DNA of 64,000 nucleotides, from the NCBI GenBank assembly GCA_963665325.3, contig OZ224045.1, positions 1,600,001 to 1,664,000 on the forward strand, written 5' to 3'. The position numbers and the translations under genes are program-made. The notes under the pieces were generated by a model, which saw nothing but the letters and a program-made list of their open reading frames with translations, was not told the DNA's origin and made no database searches. This DNA is from Alphaproteobacteria bacterium. GTDB taxonomy: Bacteria; Pseudomonadota; Alphaproteobacteria; Bin95. Positions within the stretch are counted from its first letter, which is position 1; the number at the start of each line of letters is the position of its first letter. This document shows, in pieces, positions 20,659 through 30,191 of the stretch.

Positions 20659-21675
20659 GTGACACTGCAATTCGGCCTTCGCGTGCCCACCGTGGGCAAG
20701 CCCGCGGACACCGCCGCCTATGCTGCCGGGGTGGAAGCCGCCGGCTTCGACTTCATGTGGGTGCCGGACACGCCGCTGCTCGCCGGGCGCTGGCGCGATG
20801 TCTATATGCATCTGGGCGCCGCCGCCGGCTCGACGGACCGGGTGCGCCTCGGCCCCGGCGTCACCAACCCGCTCACGCGGCATCCGCTGACCACGGCAAG
20901 CGCCATCGCAACCCTCGACGACGCCTCCGGCGGCCGGGCCGACCTTGTGGCGGGGACAGGCTACAGTTCTGCCTACATTATCGGCCGCAAGGCGGCGACT
21001 TTGGCGGACATGCGCGAGGCGACGGCCCTCTGGCGCGGCTTGCTCAGCGGGGCACCGACCGATCCGGGCGGATCGGAGACGGTTATCGACCGGCCCAATG
21101 CGGAGCTGCCCATTGTGCTCGCGGCGACCGGCCCCCGGATGCTGGCGCTGGCGGGCGAAATCGCGGACGGCGTGCTGATCCATGTCGGCGCGGCGCCCGG
21201 GGCCGTTGCCTGGGCGCTGGAGCGGATCGACGTCGGCATGGCCGCGGCGGGACGGACACGGGAGGAGGTCCGGCGCATCCTCGTGGTCACGGCCTGCATC
21301 GACGACGACCGCGAGCGCGCCATCGAGCATATGCGGCCCTGCGCGGCCGGGCTCTGCCGCCACCGCCATGCAGATGTCTTCTTTCCCGGTATCGAAATTC
21401 CGGCCCGGCCGGCGGGCTATGTCGAGCCGTACCCGGACCTCGGCCACGCCGTCGATTGGGAAGCGGCGAAGCGCGCGACCTCCTATGTGCCGGACAATGC
21501 TGTCGAGGCCTGCGTCGCGCTCGGTCCCGCCGACGATGTTGCCGAGCGCGTGAAGTCGCTCGCAGCGCTGGATATCGACGCCATCTGGTGGCGGGACGAA
21601 GCGACCTGGACGCGGCCGGACACATTGATGGAACGGTTGTCCGCCGAAGTGCTGCCCCGGTTCCGGGCCGGCTGA
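20659..21675 (+). CDS. LLM-class (luciferase-like) flavin-dependent oxidoreductase, Mer-like
   Basis: GFDFMWVPD, LGPGVTNPLTRHP, ATGPRMLALAGEIADGV. Confidence 0.88.
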   Translation: MTLQFGLRVPTVGKPADTAAYAAGVEAAGFDFMWVPDTPLLAGRWRDVYMHLGAAAGSTDRVRLGPGVTNPLTRHPLTTASAIATLDDASGGRADLVAGTGYSSAYIIGRKAATLADMREATALWRGLLSGAPTDPGGSETVIDRPNAELPIVLAATGPRMLALAGEIADGVLIHVGAAPGAVAWALERIDVGMAAAGRTREEVRRILVVTACIDDDRERAIEHMRPCAAGLCRHRHADVFFPGIEIPARPAGYVEPYPDLGHAVDWEAAKRATSYVPDNAVEACVALGPADDVAERVKSLAALDIDAIWWRDEATWTRPDTLMERLSAEVLPRFRAG

Positions 21676-21759
21676 CGGGCGCGATCGGGCCCGCTTGCCG
21701 TCCGCTTGCGGGCCGGCCACACTGGCGGCCGGATGAACGGCCTCACAAGGAGAGAGGGC

Positions 21760-22287
21760 ATGTCGGACGGGTTCAGGATCAACAAATTCAGGGATGTCGC
21801 GGACGGCCTGCAGAAGGGCCAGTTCGCAGTCGGCGAACGGCGCCAAGCGTCGGGCCTGGACGATCTCGACCCGATCCACAAGGCGCTGCTCGACCGTCCG
21901 ATTACCGTTTCCCTGGGCGTGATGACGCCGGACGGGCGCATCGGCCTGACGCCCATGTGGTTCGACTACGAGGATGACAAGATCCTGGTGAACACCGCGG
22001 CCCACCGGACCAAATGCGGCTGGATACGCGCGAATCCTGAAATGACCGTCCTGATCGTCAACCCCGACAATCCCTATCACTGGGTCCAGATCCGCTGCAC
22101 CGTGGAAGAGGAGTTGCGGGAATGGGAGGACGGCGGCGAGCGCGTCACGCAGCAGCTCGACAGGATCTGGACGAAATATACCGGCGCCGAGCCGCCCTAC
22201 GGCCTGCGCGACCCCGAGATCGACGAAAAGCGTGTGCTGTTCGTCTGCCGGATCGACCGGATCGCCACGTTCGGCAAGCCCGCCTGA
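21760..22287 (+). CDS. Pyridoxamine-5'-phosphate oxidase-like (split-barrel) flavin-binding protein
   Basis: DG...TPMWF, VNT...R.K..IRANP, NPDNPYHWVQIR, KY.G; RBS AGGAG. Confidence 0.8.
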   Translation: MSDGFRINKFRDVADGLQKGQFAVGERRQASGLDDLDPIHKALLDRPITVSLGVMTPDGRIGLTPMWFDYEDDKILVNTAAHRTKCGWIRANPEMTVLIVNPDNPYHWVQIRCTVEEELREWEDGGERVTQQLDRIWTKYTGAEPPYGLRDPEIDEKRVLFVCRIDRIATFGKPA

Positions 22288-22306
22288 CCGAGCGCAGGCG
22301 GCCGGG

Positions 22307-22780
22307 ATGGCGAGACTGCGCGGCCCGGACCGTGTGAAGGCGGCTCTCGATGGGCTGTCGCTCGACTGCGAGGTCCTTATCCTACCCGACTCGACCCGGA
22401 CCGCGGCGGAGGCGGCGCAAGCGGTCGGTTGCACGGTGGCCGAGATCGCGAAGTCGCTCGTGCTCCGCGCCGGGGAACGGGCGGTGGTCGCGGTCATAAG
22501 CGGGGACGACCGGCTTGACCCCGCCAGGCTCCGCGAAGCCGCCGGCGAGGAGATAAGCCGGGCGGACGCGAAATTCGTACGTGCTGCGACCGGGTTCTCG
22601 ATCGGCGGCGTGCCTCCTCTCGGTCATGCCGCGCCGGTCGCACTGTTCATGGACTCGGGGCTCTTCCGCTTCGAGCGGGTCTGGGCCGCTGCGGGAAGCC
22701 CGTTCTCCGTGTTCGCAATCGAACCGGCCCGGTTGCGCGATGCCGGCGGCGCGAGAGTCGCCGAGCTCAGAATGATGTAA
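22307..22780 (+). CDS. YbaK/EbsC family aminoacyl-tRNA deacylase
   Basis: TRTAAEAA, IAKSLV, TGFSIGGVPPLGH, VWAAAG. Confidence 0.92.
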   Translation: MARLRGPDRVKAALDGLSLDCEVLILPDSTRTAAEAAQAVGCTVAEIAKSLVLRAGERAVVAVISGDDRLDPARLREAAGEEISRADAKFVRAATGFSIGGVPPLGHAAPVALFMDSGLFRFERVWAAAGSPFSVFAIEPARLRDAGGARVAELRMM

Positions 22781-22818
22781 GCTGCCGCGTTTCAGGCCGC
22801 ACCGGTTCGGAAGAATGC

Positions 22819-25800
22819 TCAGAATCTGAACTGCATGGCGGCCGAGACCCTGCTTTCCGGGTCGCCGGTTTGCGGGACGCGCCGTTCGGCAGCGAGCTTC
22901 AGCACGGGGCCCGCCAGCAGCCCCAAATCGACTCCGAGCGCCAACTGGCGGCCATCCGTGCCGGCAAGGCGGAACGCGGCATGCGGTTCGAATAGTCCGC
23001 GGCGGGAGACGACGCGCCAGCCGGCCTTCAAATCCAGGGTGAACAGTGCCTTGCCGCCGCCGCGTTTCAACGCCTTGCGGGACCGAAACGGTTCGGACTC
23101 CCCGATCCGGCTGTCGGGCGCTCCGTATGCCCCGGCCAGCGACCATGACGGTCCGCCCCGGTTGGTGTCCGCCGGCTGCCGCACCGTGGCTGTCAGGCCG
23201 AATTCCCGATATTCGCGACCGGAACGCCAGACCAGTCCCCGTAACTGGATATCCGCGCGCCCGGACGATGCCGGCAGGGGCGATCCGACGCCGCTGGACA
23301 ACTCGAGGCCCAGGCCGCGCACGCCGTCCCCGCCGTCGCGGCGCAACGACAAGGACGAGTAGTAACCGGCTCCTTCTTCCTCCAGCGCAACCTCGATGCC
23401 GAGGCTCTGGCGGTCGGCGGAGGCGGAGAGGGAGCCGATAGCCGTTTGGGCGCTGCCCCTGGCTTCGAGCTGTGCGAAGCCCGCTTCGCCGGAGATGGAA
23501 AGCTCCAGGCCGCGAAATGCCGGCAGGGGGCCGCGGAAGCCGGCGGAGACGGTCGCCAGTTCGGCGTCCGCGGTCTCGACGCCCCGGCCGGCGGTCGTAT
23601 TCCGGATGGTTCCGCGCCCGCCGCCGAAGGTTATCCAGACCGTTTCTCCATCCTCGAAACGCCGTTGCAGATAGGGATGGACGCTGTCGAAGGTGGTTTC
23701 GACCGCTCCGGGCGCCGCGCCGGCGGCGTATTCCAACTCTCCCTCGCTGCGGGCCATCGCCGTGCCGAACAGCCATTTTTCGCCCCACCGCATGTCGGCG
23801 CCGAACCAGACCGACAGCATCCGCCCTCCGTAACGCGACTGCGGGCCAGCGGATCCCTCGAAACGCTTCAGGTCGCCCCGGTGCCAAAGCGACAATTGCG
23901 GGAAGCCTTCCTCTCCGGGCGGGCCGAGCGCGACCTGAAACGAACTGTCTCGCAGCAATTCCCGGCCGCTCATGCCCATGACCGTCCGGTTTGTCGCGCT
24001 ATCGTGCAGTGATTGCACCCGTTCTTTTCGAACGGGCGCAAATAGAGGAACCTCCCGCCCGGCGAGAACGAAACGCGTTGCAGCTGGGTCGGCGGCGAAC
24101 CGCGCCCCGATGACCGTGTGCGCGCCCGCCGCCACATGGCTTGCGAGGCCCGCTAGCACGGCCTTGACGGCCCTTCGCTCGGCCGGCGTCGCTTTCGCCT
24201 TCGGCGTTGCGGCGACGGGGTCCGAGCCGGGGCTGTAGTTCGGGTAGAGGCAGTCCTCGCTTATGCAGTAACGGACCCGGAATACATATTCGGCGTTGTC
24301 TTTCAATGCTGCCTCGACGTCGTTTTCCCAACCCCTTGCAACAACATGGCGGGTCGTTTCCCGAGTGCTTCCGGATATGTCTATCCATCGGTCCGGGGCC
24401 GTGTCAGCGCGCGATCTGGCGACATGCTGCCATTTGATGATCGCTGGATTTTTCGGATCATCCCATGTCAGCATGACCTGACCGTAGCCGGCATGAGCCT
24501 TGAGGCCCTTCGGTCTGGTTAAGCTAGGCAACGGGACAACCGTAATTCCTTCCGATTCGAGGCTATATCCACTGCTGTTTGCGGCTCTAATGCCGAAGGT
24601 GTGGGGCGTGCCGCCTTCAAGGCCGGGAATCGTATGGCCGGTCGTTCCGGCATGGCTGTCGGGAATGTCGACCCAGTCGCCGAATTCGCCTGTTGTCCGG
24701 TAACGATATTGCCAACGCGTGACGCTCGGGTCGCCTAAAGCTTTCCATTCCAGCGATACTTCGTTCACGCCCCACTCCGCCACGAGTCCCTCCGGCCTGG
24801 CCGGGACCGGCGGCAGCGTCGTGGCAACCTCGTCGGACTCGGGGCCCGTGGAGTAGGCATTCACGGCGCGGACCTTGAAGCCGTAGGACACGCCGATTTC
24901 CAAGCCCGTGACGGTGTAGCTGGTCGTCGCATGTCCGCTGTTCTGTATAGTCGTCCAATCATCTGTATAGTCTCTGCCTGACCTTCGCCGGTTGTATTGC
25001 CAGCCGGCAATTGCGGGGTCGCCCGGGTCGTTCCATTCGAGCAGCGCCTCTCCGCTGCCGGGCGTCGCTTTCAGGCCCGTCGGCTTGGCTGGAACGGCAA
25101 ACGGGGTTGCCGCCGCCTCGTCCGACTCAACTCCCTCGCCGCTACTGTTCGTTGCCCTTATGCGGAAATAGTGGGGAGTGCCGGCGGCGAGGCCGGTCAC
25201 CGTATGGCCGGCTGTATCCGCGCCGCTGTTCGCGATGTCTGTCCAGGAGCTGTAGCTGCCGCCCTCTGTCCTGTAGCTGTATTGCCAGCCGGCGATGGTG
25301 CTGTTGCCGGGATCGGTCCAGCTCAGCGAGACCTGCCCGTCGCCCGCGGTCGCGGCGAAGCCGGTCGGCTTGGCCGGGACCGCTGGCAGCGTCACGGCCG
25401 CCTCGTCTGACTCCGCGCCTGCGCCGCTGGCATTCACAGCTCGAAGCTTGAAGGCATAGGACGCGCCGGTTTCGAGGAGGGTGATTGTGTGGCTCGTCGT
25501 GGCGGCGCCGCTGCCGAGGATAAAGGTCCAGTCCGCCTCGAATTCCCCGCCTGCAGGCCGCCGGTTGTATTCCCAGCCGGTGATCGCGGTGTCGCTCGGG
25601 TCGTTCCAGGACAACACGACTTCCCCGGGGCCCGCTGTTGCGGTGAGACCCGTAGGCTTGGCCGGTACGGCGAGCGGGGTTGCTGTTTTCTCATCGGATG
25701 CCGCGCCGTTTCCGCTGGCGTTTACGGCGCGGACCTTGAAGGTATGATCGATGCCGTTGGTGAGCCCGGTGACGATGTGGGCGGTCGTGGTTGCCCCGCT

Positions 25801-27329
25801 GCCGTCAATATCGGTCCAGTCGCCGTAACCGCCCGTGGTCTTGTGGCTGTATTGCCAGCTGGCGATGGTGCTGTTGCCGGGGTCGGTCCAGCTCAGCGAG
25901 ACCTGTCCGTCGCCCGCAGTCGCGGCGAAGCCCATGGGCTTGGCCGGGACCGGTGGCAGCGTCACGGCCGCCTCGTCTGACTCCGCGCCTGCGCCGCTGG
26001 CATTCACAGCTCGAAGCTTGAAGGCGTAGGACGCGCCGATTTGGAGGAAGGTGATTGTGTGGCTCGTCGTGGCGGCGCCGCTGCCGAGGATAAAGGTCCA
26101 GTCCACCTCGAATTCCCCGCCTGCAGGCCGCCGGTTGTATTCCCAGCCGGTGATCGCAGCGTCGTTCGGGTCGTTCCAGGACAACACGACTTCCCCGGCG
26201 CCCGCTGTTGCGGTGAGACCCGTAGGCTTGGCCGGTACGGCGAGTGGCGTTGCGGTCTTCTCATCGGATGCCGCACCGCTTCCGCTGGTGTTTACGGCGC
26301 GGACCTTGAAGGTGTAGGCGGTTCCGTTGGTGAGCCCGGTGGCGGTGTGGGCGGTCGTGGTTGCCCCGCTGTCGGGAACGTCGGCCCAGTCGCCATAGCC
26401 GCCCGTGGTCTTGTAGCTGTATTGCCAGCTGGTGATGGTGCTGTTGCCGGGATCGGTCCAGCTTAGTGAGACCTGCCCATCGCCAGCGGTCGCGGCGAAG
26501 CCCGTGGTCTTGGCCGGGACCGCTGGCAGCGTCACGGTCGTCTCGTCCGACTCCGCGCCAGCGCCGCTGGCATTCACAGCACGAAGCTTGAAGGCGTAGG
26601 ACGCGCCGATTTCGAGGAGGGTGATTGTGTGGCTCGTCGTGGCGGCGCCGCTGCCGAGAATGAAGGTCCAATCCGCCTCGAACTCCCCGCCTGCAGGCCG
26701 CCGGTTGTATTCCCAGCCGGTGATCGCGGCGTCGTTCGGATCGTTCCAGGACAGCACGACTTCCCCGGCGCCCGCTGCAGCGGTGAGACCCGTGGGCTTG
26801 GCCGGTACGGCGAGTGGCGTTGCGGTCTTCTCATCGGATGCCGCACCGCTTCCGCTGGTGTTTACGGCGCGGACCTTGAAGGTGTAGGCGGTTCCGTTGG
26901 TGAGCCCGGTGGCGGTGTGGGCGGTCGTGGTTGCCCCGCTGTCGGGAACGTCGGCCCAGTCGCCATAGCCGCCCGTGGTCTTGTAGCTGTATTGCCAGCT
27001 GGTGATGGTGCTGTTGCCGGGGTCGGTCCAGCTGAGCGAGACCTGCCCGTCGCCTGCTGCGGCGGTGAAGCCTGTCGGCTTGGCCGGTACGGCGAGCGGG
27101 GTTGCTGTTTTCTCGTCGGATGCCGCACCGCTTCCGCTGGCGTTTACGGCGCGGACCTTGAAGGTGTGAGCGGTGCCGTTGGTGAGCCCGGTGACGATGT
27201 GGGCGGTCGTGGTCGCAGTGCTGTCGGGAACGTCGGTCCAGTCGCCATAGCTGCCTGTTGTCTTGTAGCTGTATTGCCAGCCGGAGACGGTGCTGTCGCC
27301 GAGGTCGGTCCAGCTGAGCGAGACCTGCC
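22819..27329 (-). pseudogene. Fibronectin type III repeat outer-membrane/autotransporter-like protein, 5'-truncated by IS21
   Basis: About 10 FN3 domains (PAKPTG...V.LSW...WQY...GL..G..Y.FKVRAVN), C-terminal beta-barrel-like region ending AAMQFRF. The frame runs to the IS21 left end with no start codon or signal peptide. Confidence 0.8.
25270..27329 (-). repeat. Tandem coding repeats of about 570 bp (FN3 pairs) and 282 bp (single FN3)
   Basis: Near-identical blocks recur every 570 nt (ACTCCGCGCC at about 25410, 25980, 26550); CAGCTGAGCGAGACCTGCC at 27029 and 27311. Confidence 0.9.
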
Positions 27330-27444
27330 TGTTGTTAAGCGTGGAAGATTGACCCCCTGTTGGGGGTTATCGGCGTCCAAAATTGACCCCCCATGGATTG
27401 TGTCCATGAACACGCCCTGTCGTTGGACGGACGGGGTGGGGGAG

Positions 27445-28089
27445 ATGCTGGTTGTGGAGACGATAGCGCGGATCCGTCGGGATCATCTGGTGAAGGGCGT
27501 TCCGATCAAGAAGCTGGCGCGGGATTTGAGGGTTTCGAAGAACACGATACGCAAGGTGGTTCGGGGCGATACGACCTCGCACAGCTATGAGCGCAAGATC
27601 CAGCCGATGCCGAAGCTTGGGCCTTGGGTGGCAGAGCTTGAGCGCCAGCTGGAGGCCAACGAGAAGAAGAAGCGCCGGGATCGCCTGTCCCTGCTGCAGA
27701 TCCATGAGGACCTTGGCGAGCTGGGCTACAAGGGCGGCTATGACGCGGTCCGGCGCTACGCCAGGGCGTGGCGGCGCCGACGCCGTCTGTTATCGCCGTC
27801 GCAGGCCTATGTGCCGCTGATCTTCGATCCGGGCGAGGCCTACCAGTTCGACTGGAGCCACGAGTATGCGCGTCTGGCGGGAGCGACGACCAAGGTGAAG
27901 GCGGCGCACATGCGGCTGTGCCACAGCCGCATGTATCTGGTGCAGATCTTTCCCCGCGAGAGCCAGGAGATGGTCTTTGAGGCGCACGAGCGTGCCTTCC
28001 GCTTCTTCGGCGGGGTCTGCCGACGGGGCATCTACGACAACATGAAGACGGCGGTGAACACGATCTTCGTCGGCAAGGAGCGTGCCTAC
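27445..28089 (+). pseudogene. istA: IS21 transposase IstA, N-terminal half (interrupted)
   Basis: HTH (IKKLARDLRVSKNTIRK), YQFDWS, YDNMKTAV; stops at GKERAY at the insertion point. Confidence 0.92.
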
Positions 28090-28335
28090 TGAGTGTGCTC
28101 TCGGTATCTGATGGCGGGATGGTCACGTTGTTCGATGGTTTTCAGGCGTCGGGCCGGGCGTGACGGCGGGGGTGTCGGACGGCCGTCGGCGCGTCAAGCC
28201 GCTTCGCGGCTCCTGCGCTGCGCTCCGGCCCTTCGGGTGACCCGCCGCCGTCCCTCCGACGGAGTGCATCCATGGCCGTAAGCAAGCTTCCGGCCACGGG
28301 CCGGCCGCTTTACGCAGTGTGACAATGGGAGCGGT

Positions 28336-28396
28336 GTTACCCGTTACCGTTACCCTCTCTCCCTAGGGGTTCGAGGCGGTAACGGTTTTCGGTAAC
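28336..28396. repeat. Iteron-like array around a palindrome (putative origin or protein-binding site)
   Basis: GTTACC x3 (28336, 28343, 28349), CCCTAGGG palindrome (28361-28368), inverted GGTAAC x2 (28378, 28391). Confidence 0.6.
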
Positions 28397-29361
28397 GTGT
28401 CCCTGCGGTCGTTGCCGTTGAGGGCGGCGAGGCGGTATCCGCCTTCGGATGCGCGCTCGACGCGTCCTTCGCGGACGAGCCTGTGCAGCGCCTCGGCGAC
28501 GGTTGCGGGCCGGGTTGCCGCGCGCTCGCGGATCCGGCGCTGGGAGAGCGGCGCGTCGGCGTCGGCGAGGGCCTGCAGGATGCGCCGTTCGGGGGTATCC
28601 GGCTCCGGCGCCTGGTCTTCCGGCGTCTCGCGCAACCGCAGGGCGGGGCGCTCGTCGTCGTCGGCGAGTTCGATCTCGAGGTCTTCGAGGCCAGGGGCGT
28701 CGCGATGCTCGACGGTCATGAGGATCTGGCGGTCTCGCCGGCGCAGGTACAGATTCGAATCGCCCCAGGCGTGAAGTTCGCTGCTGCCGCGCAGCGCCTG
28801 CCCGGGCCGGGAGCCGCCGCTCTTTCGTGCGTGATGGACGAGGAGGACGGCGGTTTCGAAGCGGCGCTGTATGTCGCGCAGGAAGCCCAGCATGGGGGCG
28901 ACCTCGGCGACGGTATTTTCGTCGACGCCGTGCAGGCGCACGAGGGGGTCGAGGACGACGAGGCGGGGTGAGACGCGCTCCACCGTCTCGACCAGGCGCT
29001 GGCGATCGGCGCGATGGTCGAGACGCAGCGTGGGCACGTCGATGACGGCGATGTCGAGGGTCTCGAACGCGGTGCCTGCCGCCTTTGCGATGCCCTGGAG
29101 GCGTGCGCGCACGATATGGCCGGCGTCCTCGGCGGCGAACAGCAGCACGGGGCCGCTTGCGGCGGGACGGAAGTGGCGCAGGCAGGGGACGCCGGCGGCG
29201 ACCGCGACGGCGATGTCGAGTGCGAGGAAGGATTTGCCGCACTTGGGCTCGCCGCCGACGATGCCGACGCCCTGCTCGGACCACAACGCCTCGACCATCC
29301 AGCGGCGCGCCTGGGGGCGCTCTTCGAGCTCCGCCGGCGCCCGTGTCGGGAAGCCCTTCAC
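28363..29361 (-). CDS. RecA/DnaB-fold ATPase (AAA_25 / RSF1010 RepA-like helicase) with C-terminal winged HTH
   Basis: Walker A GEPKCGKS, FAAED, Walker B VVLDP, LLVHHARK, LRGSSEL; C-terminal RILQAL...LSQRRIRE...TVAEALHRLVREGRV. GTG overlaps the upstream stop (GTGA). Confidence 0.82.
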   Translation of the reverse strand: MKGFPTRAPAELEERPQARRWMVEALWSEQGVGIVGGEPKCGKSFLALDIAVAVAAGVPCLRHFRPAASGPVLLFAAEDAGHIVRARLQGIAKAAGTAFETLDIAVIDVPTLRLDHRADRQRLVETVERVSPRLVVLDPLVRLHGVDENTVAEVAPMLGFLRDIQRRFETAVLLVHHARKSGGSRPGQALRGSSELHAWGDSNLYLRRRDRQILMTVEHRDAPGLEDLEIELADDDERPALRLRETPEDQAPEPDTPERRILQALADADAPLSQRRIRERAATRPATVAEALHRLVREGRVERASEGGYRLAALNGNDRRDTLPKTVTASNP

Positions 29362-30191
29362 CGCCGCGCCCTCCTCGGCTTGGCGGGTTCGCCCAGGGTC
29401 TCGATGAAGAGCTTCTCGTCGAGGACCTCGCGCTCCTTCTCGGCGGCGGCGGCGAGCAGGGCGTCGGCCATGACGGTGAGCGCCCGCGGGTTGCCGTCGG
29501 CATGGGCGACCAGGGTGTCCTTGAGGCCCGCGGTCATGAGGCCGGGATTGCCGGCCTGCTCGATCAGATGGTCGAGCAGGGCCGCGAGGTCGCCGGCCTC
29601 GGCCTTGGTCATGACCAGGCGCTGGCGGATGCGCGAGGCGATGGGCTGCAGATCGGGCTGGCGGAGCTTGTCGAGCAGGCGCGTGTCGCCGGCGAGGACG
29701 ACCGAGAGGATGGCGCGCGAGTCGAAGTCGGTCGAAGCCAGCAGGCGGATCTCGGAGAACACCGAGGGCAGCAGCTCCTGGGCCTCGTCGACGAGCACGA
29801 CGGGGCGCATGCGGGTATCGTCGACATGGGCGAGCCAGCGCTCGCGCAGGCTTTTGAAGCTGGCCCAGCGGTTGTTGTACATCAGGTCGACGCCGAACAT
29901 CTCGCCGATCTCGCGGTAGAAGTCGGACAGCCGGGAGGAGGGATGGGTGATGGCGGCGATGCTGAGCCCCTCGCAGCGGCCGAGACGGTCGGCGAGCAGG
30001 CGCAACGCCACACTCTTTCCGGCGCCGGGCTCGCCGGCGATCAAGGCGAAGCCGCCCTGGCGCACCAGGTGGCGCTCGATCCTGAGGCAGAAGCTGTCGA
30101 CGGCAGGCGTCGCCATGAGACTGTCGACCGGCAGGTCGGTGGCGAAGGGGTTCCACTTGAGCCCGTAGAAGGTGAGCAGTTCCCGGTTCAT
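29358..30191 (-). CDS. ExeA/TnsC/MuB-like AAA+ transposition ATPase
   Basis: FYGLKWNPF, Walker A GEPGAGKS, Walker B VLVDEAQ, LAG, GNPR; ATGA overlap with the transposase. Confidence 0.88.
   Translation of the reverse strand: MNRELLTFYGLKWNPFATDLPVDSLMATPAVDSFCLRIERHLVRQGGFALIAGEPGAGKSVALRLLADRLGRCEGLSIAAITHPSSRLSDFYREIGEMFGVDLMYNNRWASFKSLRERWLAHVDDTRMRPVVLVDEAQELLPSVFSEIRLLASTDFDSRAILSVVLAGDTRLLDKLRQPDLQPIASRIRQRLVMTKAEAGDLAALLDHLIEQAGNPGLMTAGLKDTLVAHADGNPRALTVMADALLAAAAEKEREVLDEKLFIETLGEPAKPRRARR

Noticed and set aside
25270-27329. Regular long repeats as a possible CRISPR or non-coding array
   Set aside because: Units are 282/570 bp, in frame, encode FN3 domains and have no unique spacers.
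29358-30191. ExeA-like ATPase as part of type II secretion
   Set aside because: It is coupled to a DDE transposase inside a mobile element and no secretion genes are nearby.
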